Part shown: one piece after another, positions 8,471 to 16,973 of the stretch
Numbering within the stretch: position 1 is the stretch's first letter
Layout of the letters: every line of letters starts with the position of its first letter
Virus record (IMG/VR): IMGVR_UViG_3300045120_000102
Coordinates: 1 to 55,693 of that record
DNA length: 55,693 nt
Reading direction: 5' to 3' (one strand)
From: a virus
Lineage: Duplodnaviria > Caudoviricetes
The notes under the pieces: model-generated
What the model was told of the DNA's origin: nothing
The model's input: the letters and a program-made list of their open reading frames with translations, nothing else
The model's database searches: none
Position numbers and translations under genes: made by a program

Positions 8471-8754
8471 AACCTGATCCCGAACCCGCCGAGAAAGTCC
8501 CTGACGATTGGGCTGCCGAACACCTGGGACACAATCGGGTCGATCAGTTTATCGTCAGCCGTCCCCGGGATGGCATCCGTGATCTTGTCGACGGTGCCCG
8601 AGGCAAGCTTCTCGGCAGCAGCGAGCTGCGCGACCACGGTGGCTTCCATCAGTTTCGGCATCCACTCCTTGAACAAATCGACGAGCAGATCCCGCAGTTT
8701 CGGCCACAACAGCTCGAACAGCTTCCCGACAACCACAGCCACCAGAGCATTCAT
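8467..8754 (-). CDS. Lysis-region protein (DKITDAIPG..DD..ID motif)
   Basis: Motif recalled from mycobacteriophage lysis regions. Confidence 0.7.
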   Translation of the reverse strand: MNALVAVVVGKLFELLWPKLRDLLVDLFKEWMPKLMEATVVAQLAAAEKLASGTVDKITDAIPGTADDKLIDPIVSQVFGSPIVRDFLGGFGIRL

Positions 8755-8834
8755 GCGAAAACCGCCAATGTTAGAAGGTAGAAGAAGAACACGACGAATA
8801 TCGTGATCAGCACGCGGTTTACGCGGTCAGTCAA
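8751..8834 (-). CDS. Single-TM micropeptide (27 aa)
   Basis: MTDRVNRVLITIFVVFFFYLLTLAVFA; TTGA and ATGA overlaps. Confidence 0.55.
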   Translation of the reverse strand: MTDRVNRVLITIFVVFFFYLLTLAVFA

Positions 8835-8905
8835 CCGAGCAGCACTATCAGGACGGCGACCAATACCACGCACGTCAGGAACCACAACCAGTCGTTACGG
8901 GTCAT
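8831..8905 (-). CDS. Single-TM micropeptide (24 aa)
   Basis: MTRNDWLWFLTCVVLVAVLIVLLG; ATGA overlap with lysB stop. Confidence 0.55.
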   Translation of the reverse strand: MTRNDWLWFLTCVVLVAVLIVLLG

Positions 8906-9933
8906 GCCGCGCGCAGGTAGTCGATAGCGGGGCCGATGTTGTAGTTCACATGCGGTCCCGTCTGATGAACGAAGAACAGGCCCGCATCCCACAATGCTTT
9001 GAACATTGCGGTTATCTCGATCAGCCGGGCGATCTCACTCTTCGGGTTCAGGATTTCCAGCACCTGCGCGAGGATCGAATCAGGCCCGGACAGCACGTCC
9101 ATGTTCATGATGAATTTGTAGATCGCGGTCTTGTCTTCAGCACTCTGACCGGAACAGTCCGTGTACAGGTCCGCTCTGTGGGCGTAGTCGCGCCACCACG
9201 GCGGGGTGTTCGTCAGCAATTCGTCGGCGATGCCATGCGACGTTGCTTCCGCTGTTGGTGCGCCCGGATCGGCCCACGCTTTGCCCTGTTCCCGCATCGG
9301 GTTGCCGAACGTGACCGCTTTCAGCATGTGCTGTTTAGCCCAGTGCAGGCGCCCGCCCTCCGGTTCGATGGCGTACTTCCACAACTTGCTGGTGATGACG
9401 GCGCCCTGGCTGTACCCGATCATTGAGACGCCGTGCTGCTCGATGCGGCGCCGGTGCTCAAACCCGGGTTCCATCCGTTCGAACTCGACGCACGCAGCCT
9501 CATAGCCTTCGTCAACCGACTTGCCCATAGGGAACACCGCAGCCGGATAGCCGACCCACTGCCACCGATACTTGTTCTCGACAGCGCGGGCGGTGTCCGC
9601 GTCAGGGCCAACCCATCCCGGCACACCAGTACCGCACACCGTCAACAACAAAGGCCGAACGTCCGGGCCCGGTGGGCGTTTCAGGTAGCCCATCACATAC
9701 TTCGTCTCGGCGTTAATCACACCCGGCAGATACTTCTCCTTAGGGAGGCGTCCCTGCTCCTCATACCGTGACTGCATCTCAGCGACCGCCGCCGTCATCG
9801 CGTCGTCGTAGACGGTGGTGTCAGCCAACTCGTGGGCGTAGGAGAAACGTGGACGCATCCACGCCTTGATCTTCCGAACTTCCTCGCTGTTGTCTCCGCT
9901 ACCAATTCCTACGTAGTCGTCGCCGATTCTAAT
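8902..9933 (-). CDS. lysB: Lysin B (cutinase-like mycolylarabinogalactan esterase); probable ATT start at 9933 (first ATG 9858)
   Basis: GYSQG nucleophile, AVTFGNP, DLY, HVNY; N-terminal (I)RIGDDYVGIGSGDNSEEVRKIKAWMR. Confidence 0.92.
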   Translation of the reverse strand: MRIGDDYVGIGSGDNSEEVRKIKAWMRPRFSYAHELADTTVYDDAMTAAVAEMQSRYEEQGRLPKEKYLPGVINAETKYVMGYLKRPPGPDVRPLLLTVCGTGVPGWVGPDADTARAVENKYRWQWVGYPAAVFPMGKSVDEGYEAACVEFERMEPGFEHRRRIEQHGVSMIGYSQGAVITSKLWKYAIEPEGGRLHWAKQHMLKAVTFGNPMREQGKAWADPGAPTAEATSHGIADELLTNTPPWWRDYAHRADLYTDCSGQSAEDKTAIYKFIMNMDVLSGPDSILAQVLEILNPKSEIARLIEITAMFKALWDAGLFFVHQTGPHVNYNIGPAIDYLRAA

Positions 9934-10000
9934 GATGTCCTGCTTTCCACCAGTCCGCGACTATCGCCATCTGGCTGACTTTCTTTCATCATGGGGCGGT

Positions 10001-10501
10001 TCAGCCAGCCTTCGCTGGCCGTCTGCTGTTGCGCTTACAGGGGAGACACACTCGCTGCCGCGCAGTCTGACGAGTATTAACCGCGTTGAACTCATGGCCC
10101 CACTTGCAGTGAGTGCTCCGAGCCCGCGGGTTAGTGCCATGCCTGCGCATGTCTTGCATATTCGCAAGGTGTGTGTCGTATCGAAGATTCTCGACACGGT
10201 TATCGGTTGGCTTGCCGTTGTTATGGCACACCTCAAGCCCGGGCGGGCATGGACCGATGAACACCGCCGCGACAAGCTGATGGACATAGCGGCTATTACC
10301 CTTGCCAAGGTTCACGTATTGGTGCCCTTGGCGCCGTAGGTGGCCGGGCTTCAGGGCACGGCCCCGGGCGAACCTCCGGCGTCCATCTGGAAAGATCACT
10401 ATCCGGTCAAGCGACCGGACCATGCCACGGTCGGATACCTCGTAACTACCTTCATATCCGGGGATTGGGCGCCATACTTCGGGCTCGTGGGTAACATCCA
10501 C
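10001..10501 (-). CDS. NUMOD4-HNH homing endonuclease
   Basis: EVWRPIPGYEGSYEVSDRGMVRS (NUMOD4); VHQLVA..F; CHNNG..DNRVENL. Confidence 0.9.
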   Translation of the reverse strand: MDVTHEPEVWRPIPGYEGSYEVSDRGMVRSLDRIVIFPDGRRRFARGRALKPGHLRRQGHQYVNLGKGNSRYVHQLVAAVFIGPCPPGLEVCHNNGKPTDNRVENLRYDTHLANMQDMRRHGTNPRARSTHCKWGHEFNAVNTRQTARQRVCLPCKRNSRRPAKAG

Positions 10502-10584
10502 TTCTAGCCCCCTTTCTGCTGATACCAGATGGGCGGGTCAGGGGTCGGGATGCGTTAGCGCGCACCCGGCCCCGTCTATCAATT

Positions 10585-11925
10585 CTACTGTGTCTGTCCG
10601 ACTTTCCAGTCGTGGTAATCGGTTGTGCCGCAAACCTTGTCGCGGACTTCGCCGAGCGCGTTGACGAGCGTCTGACCACCCAATTGCGGCCAGCCTTTGC
10701 CGTCAATGCCGCGGAGTTGGTCCCAGTTCTCTTGCAGCAACTGCCGGTCGGTGAGTTGCTTCGGCGGCGGCTGGCTCGGGACGTCTGGCGGCGGGACCGT
10801 CCCCTCGACGTACTTGCGTACCGCGACAGTGAACACGTCCCACGGGAAGCCATTGCCTACGTCGGTGTGGTTTCCGATCCCCAACGCTTGGGTGACGAAT
10901 TTATGGTCAGAAATTCCCGGCCCCTTCGTCGCGTAGGGCGGAATGATGACGTTAGCCGATATCGTGGGGTACTTCTTGCAGTCCTGCACCGCCAGGTAAG
11001 CCATCACGTCGATAGCGCGCCCGAACTTCGACAACCATTGCTCGCGGGTCCATCCGGCGAATGAGCCGGCGAAGCAGCCGTTGATGCTGAACACGTTGGC
11101 GTCTAGGACGGACCATGAGTAGAGGTCGGTGTCGATCACGTCTACGACGGTGACGCCGTGATCGTTCGGGTCTTCGTGCACTGTGTAGTGGTAGCTGACA
11201 GCGTTGTTGCCGGTTGTGGAACGCATCCACGCAGCCAAATCAGTGGCGTTGCTGTTCGCTTCCTGGGTGTGGATGAACCAGTTGATCGGCGGACGGCTAC
11301 GGATGCTGCCGTGCGGGTCTTCGTGGTCCCAGCCGATCTGGTCTATCTCGTTGAAGTCCGGGCGGTTATCGGGCGCTGCTGGCACGGGTGGTTGTCCTTT
11401 CGCCACTCTGTCGTACAGTTCGTTCACCGGACCCCAGTGCTTCGCGTAAGCATCAGGGACACCTGACCGCTGAACCGTTTGCGCCCACTTGTTTGCTTCG
11501 AGCGCATTGTTAGCGGCGTACGGGGAACGTTTCAGCGAGCCCATGAACAGCACGGTGGAGTCGTGTAGGTCCATGCGTTTGCGGGTGCCTTCGGGGTCGC
11601 CGTATAGGCCGCCCCATCCCCACGGGTTCGGGTCGTTCGGCCCGGAGGTCTGCTGTTGATATAGCCCTACGCTGCGTGAGTCGTTGCCGAGGCTGTCGTG
11701 CGGGAACCGGTCGGGGTCGGCATCGAAGCACGGGTCTGCGTGATTACCGGGGCACCAGAACTGCCCGCCCGCCCCCACTTCCTGGGATACGGTCATCCCG
11801 GCGATGATGCAGGCGCCACGCTTGTCAGGCATGTTCAGCTCGTCGGCGACGGCAATCATCATGGCCATGACCTGCTCGCGGGTGTGCAGCGGCTTCGGGG
11901 CAAATGCGCCTTGAATGAAGCTCAC
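10585..11925 (-). CDS. lysA: Lysin A (lysozyme-like N-domain + amidase-2 + LGGxT cell-wall-binding C-terminus)
   Basis: SVGLYQQ...AQTVQRS; FIHTQE, SYHY, NHTDVG; WPQLGGQTLV. Confidence 0.92.
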   Translation of the reverse strand: MSFIQGAFAPKPLHTREQVMAMMIAVADELNMPDKRGACIIAGMTVSQEVGAGGQFWCPGNHADPCFDADPDRFPHDSLGNDSRSVGLYQQQTSGPNDPNPWGWGGLYGDPEGTRKRMDLHDSTVLFMGSLKRSPYAANNALEANKWAQTVQRSGVPDAYAKHWGPVNELYDRVAKGQPPVPAAPDNRPDFNEIDQIGWDHEDPHGSIRSRPPINWFIHTQEANSNATDLAAWMRSTTGNNAVSYHYTVHEDPNDHGVTVVDVIDTDLYSWSVLDANVFSINGCFAGSFAGWTREQWLSKFGRAIDVMAYLAVQDCKKYPTISANVIIPPYATKGPGISDHKFVTQALGIGNHTDVGNGFPWDVFTVAVRKYVEGTVPPPDVPSQPPPKQLTDRQLLQENWDQLRGIDGKGWPQLGGQTLVNALGEVRDKVCGTTDYHDWKVGQTQ

Positions 11926-11929
11926 AGCG

Positions 11930-12088
11930 TTACCACCAGTACCGCCGACCGCCTACGGGTCCGTTGATCTGACCGACCAGCAGCAGCACTACCCCGATGA
12001 CTAGGCAGATCCAGCCCAGCGTTACAACCACGGGCGGGACAGGAACGAGGTAGCCGAGGACGACGAGCACAATTCCTAAGATGATGAT
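11930..12088 (-). CDS. 2-TM membrane protein (DUF6131-like) with apparent ATC start
   Basis: Open frame IIILGIVLVVLGYLVPVPPVVVTLGWICLVIGVVLLLVGQINGPVGGRRYWW; GAAAGAAGGG RBS upstream. Confidence 0.7.
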   Translation of the reverse strand: MIILGIVLVVLGYLVPVPPVVVTLGWICLVIGVVLLLVGQINGPVGGRRYWW

Positions 12089-12103
12089 GGTTCGGCCCTT
12101 CTT

Positions 12104-12229
12104 TCACTGGTGGTAGTCGCGGTAGTGGTGCTCTTCGAGAAGGAATGCTGACGCGGCGCCGAGGATGAATGCGGCGGAGAACGCGGCGAAGAACAGGGCG
12201 ACGATGCCGATGCCGAGTTGGATGGTCAC
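12104..12229 (-). CDS. Single-TM small protein
   Basis: GTG start, hydrophobic 41 aa. Confidence 0.5.
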   Translation of the reverse strand: MTIQLGIGIVALFFAAFSAAFILGAASAFLLEEHHYRDYHQ

Positions 12230-12395
12230 ATCAGGATCATCAGAACGGCGGATCGTTGAACGTTTCGTCTTCGGCCACCTGGACCAGGTACACCGGATCA
12301 CCGACGATGTCGGTGGTGTCGAAGTCAAGGAAGTCGTCCACGATTCACCCTTCTCGTATAGGAAGTGCCGGGTTCCTATACCTGTCGCCGAACGG

Positions 12396-12566
12396 TTATA
12401 GGTTCGGTTCCTTCACCAGTAGTTGCCAGACCTGATCGGACTGCTCGGTGTCGAACCCGTACAGTTCGTCGAATGTTCCGCAGCGTTGGCAGCACGTCAG
12501 CAGCGTCATACGTTCGTTGTCCCGCAACGCCATAGCCATCACCCAGTCATGGGAACAGGCGGTCAT
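12396..12566 (-). CDS. Small Cys-containing protein
   Basis: MTACSHDW...CCQRCG; ATGA overlap. Confidence 0.55.
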   Translation of the reverse strand: MTACSHDWVMAMALRDNERMTLLTCCQRCGTFDELYGFDTEQSDQVWQLLVKEPNL

Positions 12567-14422
12567 CCGACCCCCGCTGACACTGTTTCCCGCCTGACGC
12601 CCGAGTTGACGGTTTCGGCCCGTACTCCTGCGTTGGCGTTCTGCGCCCGGATGACGGTGGTGTTGTGGTCGGTGGCGGTAGGGATTCCTTCGCTGACCAT
12701 GCCGGCGGCGATAAGCCCGACCACAGCGAGAAGGTAGGACTGCCCGGACCATGTCAGGCTGCCGCCCGCGGTCAGCTGGACAGTGACGGTTGTGTTGCCG
12801 CCAGCGCCGGCGGCGACTACACCCGCCGCGGACAGCGCGACTGTGGCCGACATGACGGCTGTGTTGGTGGCTGTCGTCGCCCCGGCAGCGGTCAGGCCGA
12901 CGGTGACGGTAGTCGAGGCGGTACGGGTGAAGCCCAACACGCCCGAGGCGGTGAGGCCGACCGTGACCGTAGTTACTGTCGTGCTGCGCGCGACTCCGAC
13001 CGCGCCCGCAGCGTCCCGGGTCACGCTGACCGTGATGGCGGCGGAGCCTGTGGCTGCGACGACGCCGTCCGCTGAACGTCCCACCGAAACGGACGTTGGG
13101 GCCGACCCGGCGGCAGCCATAGCTCCGGCTGCGGTCAAACCTGCTGCGACGAAGGTGGCGGCTTGGCCGGTCATCACTGCGCCAGCCGTACCCGCCGCCG
13201 TCAACCCGACCGTGACTACGGTTGGTGTTGTGGAGGTGCTAGCAGCTACCGAACCTGCAGCAGTCAGACCTGCCGCAACGGTGGTTGATGCTTGCCCGGA
13301 GCCGCCCCCAGACGCGGTCAAGACTGCCGCGACCGTGGTAGAAGCTGCCCCCATCATGCCGCCGGCGCCCGCAGCGGGACGCCCAACGGTGACAGTGGTG
13401 GCGGTAGACCCAGCCGAGAACCCTACTGCGCCAGCCGCTGAGCGCCCTACGGTGGCAGTGGTGGCTGTGGTAGGTGCTGCGATGGCTACAAAGCCTGCGG
13501 CGGTCAAGCCTGCCGCGGCGGGGGTTGAGGCGGCTCCGAGCACCCCGGCGACTGTGCTTCCGGTCGCCGTCAATCCGACGGAAACGGCGGTAGTTGCGGA
13601 CCCGCTCGATGCCGCTACGGCTCCAGCGGCGGTCAGGCCGACAATGCCGGTGGTGTTGGCGGCGCCGGTGGATGTACCGGCAGCGGTCAGGCCGACGGTG
13701 ACAGTAGTTGATGCCGCGCCGGAAACGGTGACGGCCCCAGCCGCCGACGGGACAACCGCGATTGCAGTCCCTGGCGACCCGGAGATTGCAGCGACTACGC
13801 CTATAGCGGTGCGGTCGACGGTGACCGGGGTTGATGCCGACCCGGTGACTCCTGCGGTTACGGTGCCAGCCGCGGTCAATGTGACCGTAATTGCGGCGTT
13901 CGAGGACGCCGCGGATGTAGCTACCGAACCGGCCGATGTGACTGCAACAGATATGGGCGCTGACGTCGATCCGGTTACCGCTACAGTGCCGGTCGCTGAA
14001 CGGCTGGCCGTGACCGTGGTAGAAGTTGATCCGCCTGATATGCCGACAGCACCGGATACGGTCAGACCAGCCGATACAGCGGTGGGTGTCGAGCCAGCAG
14101 CTGCGGTGACCGAGCCGGCCGCTGCGAGTCCGGCTGCTGCCGCGGTTGTGGCCGTGCCTGTGGATGTGCCGCCGGCAGTGACGCCGACAGTGACGGTGGT
14201 GGGCGCCGAGCTGGTCGTAGCGGCGACAACACCCGCCGCCGGACGGCCCACCGCGATGGCGGCGGTGGTGGTGCCGGTGGATGCGTCGACAACTCCCGCA
14301 GCGGTAAGACCGACTGCTACCGCAGTGGTGGCCGTTCCGCTGTACCCGGCTACCGCTGCAGTCGCATAAACGACGCGGGGTCGCAGCGCACCAACCGGAT
14401 AGCCCCTACCGGCACGAGCCAT
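12563..14422 (-). CDS. Ala/Thr/Val/Gly-rich repetitive fibre-like structural protein
   Basis: About 25 imperfect ~20-23 aa repeats (TTVTVGLTAAG). Confidence 0.85.
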   Translation of the reverse strand: MARAGRGYPVGALRPRVVYATAAVAGYSGTATTAVAVGLTAAGVVDASTGTTTAAIAVGRPAAGVVAATTSSAPTTVTVGVTAGGTSTGTATTAAAAGLAAAGSVTAAAGSTPTAVSAGLTVSGAVGISGGSTSTTVTASRSATGTVAVTGSTSAPISVAVTSAGSVATSAASSNAAITVTLTAAGTVTAGVTGSASTPVTVDRTAIGVVAAISGSPGTAIAVVPSAAGAVTVSGAASTTVTVGLTAAGTSTGAANTTGIVGLTAAGAVAASSGSATTAVSVGLTATGSTVAGVLGAASTPAAAGLTAAGFVAIAAPTTATTATVGRSAAGAVGFSAGSTATTVTVGRPAAGAGGMMGAASTTVAAVLTASGGGSGQASTTVAAGLTAAGSVAASTSTTPTVVTVGLTAAGTAGAVMTGQAATFVAAGLTAAGAMAAAGSAPTSVSVGRSADGVVAATGSAAITVSVTRDAAGAVGVARSTTVTTVTVGLTASGVLGFTRTASTTVTVGLTAAGATTATNTAVMSATVALSAAGVVAAGAGGNTTVTVQLTAGGSLTWSGQSYLLAVVGLIAAGMVSEGIPTATDHNTTVIRAQNANAGVRAETVNSGVRRETVSAGVG

Positions 14423-14426
14423 TGGG

Positions 14427-14825
14427 CTATGCCATCAGCGGCGTTATCGACACCCCGAGCGTCGTCAGCGTGAACGTGTTCGTGTTGTTCCACGGCTGCG
14501 TCGACGATAGTGCCGCCGTCCACAACGGATTACCCGCCGAGACGTTGTCCCAGTTGCTGACATGCGACAGGGTTTCCGTTGTGGACACGTTCGTCCACTG
14601 CGGAGCGTTCGACAAGGCGATAGCACCAGCGGACGGGGCGGCGAACGTCGCAACCTTACGGGTAGCGTCACCCACCGCCGGAGCTGTCGCAGCAGCTGCT
14701 CCGGGGTCACCGATGTGGAGCTTTACGTTGATGCTGGTTGGGGCGGTTGCGTTGGTGCCGCGTATCCAGTTCAGCCACACGTTGACGGTATTTACGGTAT
14801 GGAGTCCAACTGTAATGGTGACCAC
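14427..14825 (-). CDS. Putative fibre-associated structural protein
   Basis: VKLHIGDPG...TRKVATF...SHVSNWD..SAGN pattern. Confidence 0.75.
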   Translation of the reverse strand: MVTITVGLHTVNTVNVWLNWIRGTNATAPTSINVKLHIGDPGAAAATAPAVGDATRKVATFAAPSAGAIALSNAPQWTNVSTTETLSHVSNWDNVSAGNPLWTAALSSTQPWNNTNTFTLTTLGVSITPLMA

Positions 14826-14867
14826 CTTCTTTTACGATGAACCTAGTTCTCGTGTAGATTGCTAGGT

Positions 14868-15695
14868 GTGGGTAAATGTGCTGTCGACTTGACGGGTCGA
14901 CGTTTTGAGCGGCTGACGGTTGTTGCCGCTGCTCCTACTCGGACTTATCCGAGCGGGAAGACGGTGCGCTACTGGGCTTGCCACTGCGACTGCGGGAATG
15001 AAGTCGAAGTGAGTAGCGGCGGTTTGAACAATGGACACACCCGGTCTTGCGGATGCCTCAAACGGGGCATCTCCCCTAGGCGAATAGACTTAGCAGGGCG
15101 AGTCTTCGGCCGCCTCACCGCTGTACGCATGGCTAAGTCGCGTCAGCAGAGTGGAACCACAGTGGGCTACTGGGTATGCCTCTGTGAATGCGGGACGGAA
15201 ACGGTTGTTCCCACAAATAACCTGACCAGCGGCAACAGCACCTCATGCGGCTGCTATCTGGGTAGTCCAGAGCATCGGGCCGTTGTATCCGCGTCACTGA
15301 CCCGCCACGGGCACAACATGAGCAACAGCACAACGTACCGTTCCTGGCAGGGCATGCGCAGGCGGTGCGCCAGCCGTCCGGGCTATGCGGACCGCGATAT
15401 ATTCTGTGTCCCGCGATGGGATTCGTTCGAGAACTTCTTCGCTGATATGGGTGAGCGGCCTATAGGTTGCACGCTTGACCGGGTCGACAACGATGGCCCG
15501 TACTCGCCGGAGAACTGCCGTTGGGCTACGCGGACGGCCCAGTCGAACAACCGGCGGAACACCTGCTACCTCACCTATCGGGACCGGACGCAACCGTTGG
15601 CTGATTGGGCTAGAGAGGTTGGGGTTAGGCCGAATGTGCTCTATAACCGCGTCTACACCCTCGGTTGGCCGCTTGAATGGGCGTTGGCGCCTTAA
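14868..15695 (+). CDS. HNH homing endonuclease with two CxCxCG..SCGC repeats, antisense insertion
   Basis: FFADMGERP..TLDRVDNDGPYSPENCRWAT..QSNNRR; TAGATT -10 just before GTG. Confidence 0.9.
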   Translation: MGKCAVDLTGRRFERLTVVAAAPTRTYPSGKTVRYWACHCDCGNEVEVSSGGLNNGHTRSCGCLKRGISPRRIDLAGRVFGRLTAVRMAKSRQQSGTTVGYWVCLCECGTETVVPTNNLTSGNSTSCGCYLGSPEHRAVVSASLTRHGHNMSNSTTYRSWQGMRRRCASRPGYADRDIFCVPRWDSFENFFADMGERPIGCTLDRVDNDGPYSPENCRWATRTAQSNNRRNTCYLTYRDRTQPLADWAREVGVRPNVLYNRVYTLGWPLEWALAP

Positions 15696-15856
15696 TCGTC
15701 CGTCACTTGTAGGAGATTTTCGGTTCCGAGGGCTTTCAGCCTGGCCTGGGCGGCTTTCTCGCTGGAGTCGTCGATGATGTTGCCGTCAGCGTCTTTTACG
15801 ACACCGCCAGCGAAGAACTCCAGTTTGTACGCCGTACCTAGGGGTGCGTCAGTCAT
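15692..15856 (-). CDS. Small hypothetical protein (54 aa)
   Basis: MTDAPLGTAYKLEFFAGGVVKDADGNII...; ATGA overlap. Confidence 0.65.
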   Translation of the reverse strand: MTDAPLGTAYKLEFFAGGVVKDADGNIIDDSSEKAAQARLKALGTENLLQVTDD

Positions 15857-16167
15857 GATGTGCGTTCCTTCACTGTCAGCGTTTTGGTGTCCTCGAATTG
15901 TTCTCCGGTGGACACTGTTATCAGGTTGGTGACGTCGTAGGCGCCTGTCGACACGGGGTTAGATAATCGGACCCGTACCCGTTTGTTGTCGGCCTCGATG
16001 GCGTCTGAGACTTTTGTGATGCCGGCGGATACGGTGACTGTGGAGCTGGCTATGTCCACACTGTCGGGTAGGAACCGTTCGAGCGGATCGAGTGCGTCGC
16101 TGCCCCAGTCGAACCAGTAATCGCGGATGTCGTTGGGGTCCATCGGTGACCACTTTTTTGCAGCCAT
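15853..16167 (-). CDS. Fibre-tail adaptor-like protein
   Basis: DPNDIRDYWFDW...YDVTNLITVSTG pattern. Confidence 0.7.
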   Translation of the reverse strand: MAAKKWSPMDPNDIRDYWFDWGSDALDPLERFLPDSVDIASSTVTVSAGITKVSDAIEADNKRVRVRLSNPVSTGAYDVTNLITVSTGEQFEDTKTLTVKERTS

Positions 16168-16168
16168 G

Positions 16169-16678
16169 TCATTTCAATTCGATGATCACGTAGCACAGCA
16201 TGTTCACCGTGGTCGCTGTGGTGACCCGGATACGGAGATAGTCGCTGTCTAAAACGCCCGGTTCGCGATCAAGAGGCCATTGCTGCACATACCCTGCGGC
16301 CATCGGAATTCCAACATCCAGCAGGCGGGTAGCGGTGATTGATCCCTCAGTGGGTGCTGTCGTGGCGAACCCTGATGCGCCGGTACCTAAGGTCAATTCG
16401 GCCGCGGTCTCACCTCCATCATCCCATTTGACGATGTCACCGACGTTGTACGAGGTGAGCCCGGTAGCTGCGACGGTGCCGGTGGTCAGCAACTCAACTT
16501 TGACCGGGACAGTCGGGGTGGCGTCGAGGGAGTAACCCCATTCGACGACGGTGAAGTTTGGTTTCGCAGATTTAACTTGCAGCATCGTTTTAATGGCGGT
16601 GCCGGTGGCGACATAGGTGGGGGATGCGGTCAGGGCCGCGGTTGCGGCGTTCGCGATCAGAAAGTTACGGCCGGACAT
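16169..16678 (-). CDS. Minor structural protein
   Basis: 169 aa beta-rich ORF in the tail operon. Confidence 0.7.
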   Translation of the reverse strand: MSGRNFLIANAATAALTASPTYVATGTAIKTMLQVKSAKPNFTVVEWGYSLDATPTVPVKVELLTTGTVAATGLTSYNVGDIVKWDDGGETAAELTLGTGASGFATTAPTEGSITATRLLDVGIPMAAGYVQQWPLDREPGVLDSDYLRIRVTTATTVNMLCYVIIELK

Positions 16679-16688
16679 CTATCGCCTC

Positions 16689-16961
16689 TCAGAGGATGTC
16701 GAAAGTGAGGTTGAATTCGTCCCACGTTTTGCAGGACACAACCTGCGGGGCCGGGTTGGTGCGGTAAACGATCACATCACCCACAGCCACGTTCACGGTG
16801 ACAGCGTCCGGTGCGTCCACATTCAAGCGGGCCGAATCCGCTCCGGTTGTGAAGCTCCCCCGGTACCCGATCCCGTACAGCAGCGCTTCGCAGTCCCGAA
16901 CCTGCTGCACCGTCGTCAGGTGCAGGTATTCGAGGGGTTCCGTTTTAGCTTGGCAGGGCAT
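16689..16961 (-). CDS. Hypothetical tail-region protein
   Basis: GAAAGGA RBS. Confidence 0.7.
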   Translation of the reverse strand: MPCQAKTEPLEYLHLTTVQQVRDCEALLYGIGYRGSFTTGADSARLNVDAPDAVTVNVAVGDVIVYRTNPAPQVVSCKTWDEFNLTFDIL

Positions 16962-16973
16962 AAGTGGTTCCTT

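Noticed and set aside
9934-10600. Group I intron around the NUMOD4-HNH
   Set aside because: GATAGTC resembles the S element, but I found no matching R/P7 partner. Both lysins look complete, and splicing would not restore an ATG. An Infernal search would settle it.
11922-12107. ORF-track 61-aa MKEGPNHHH protein
   Set aside because: The alternative frame gives a far more protein-like 2-TM product. I also checked that frame for frameshifts and found it intact.
12783-14369. 528-aa plus-strand ORF
   Set aside because: Stop-free antisense frame expected from the Ala/Thr/Val/Gly codon bias of the real gene
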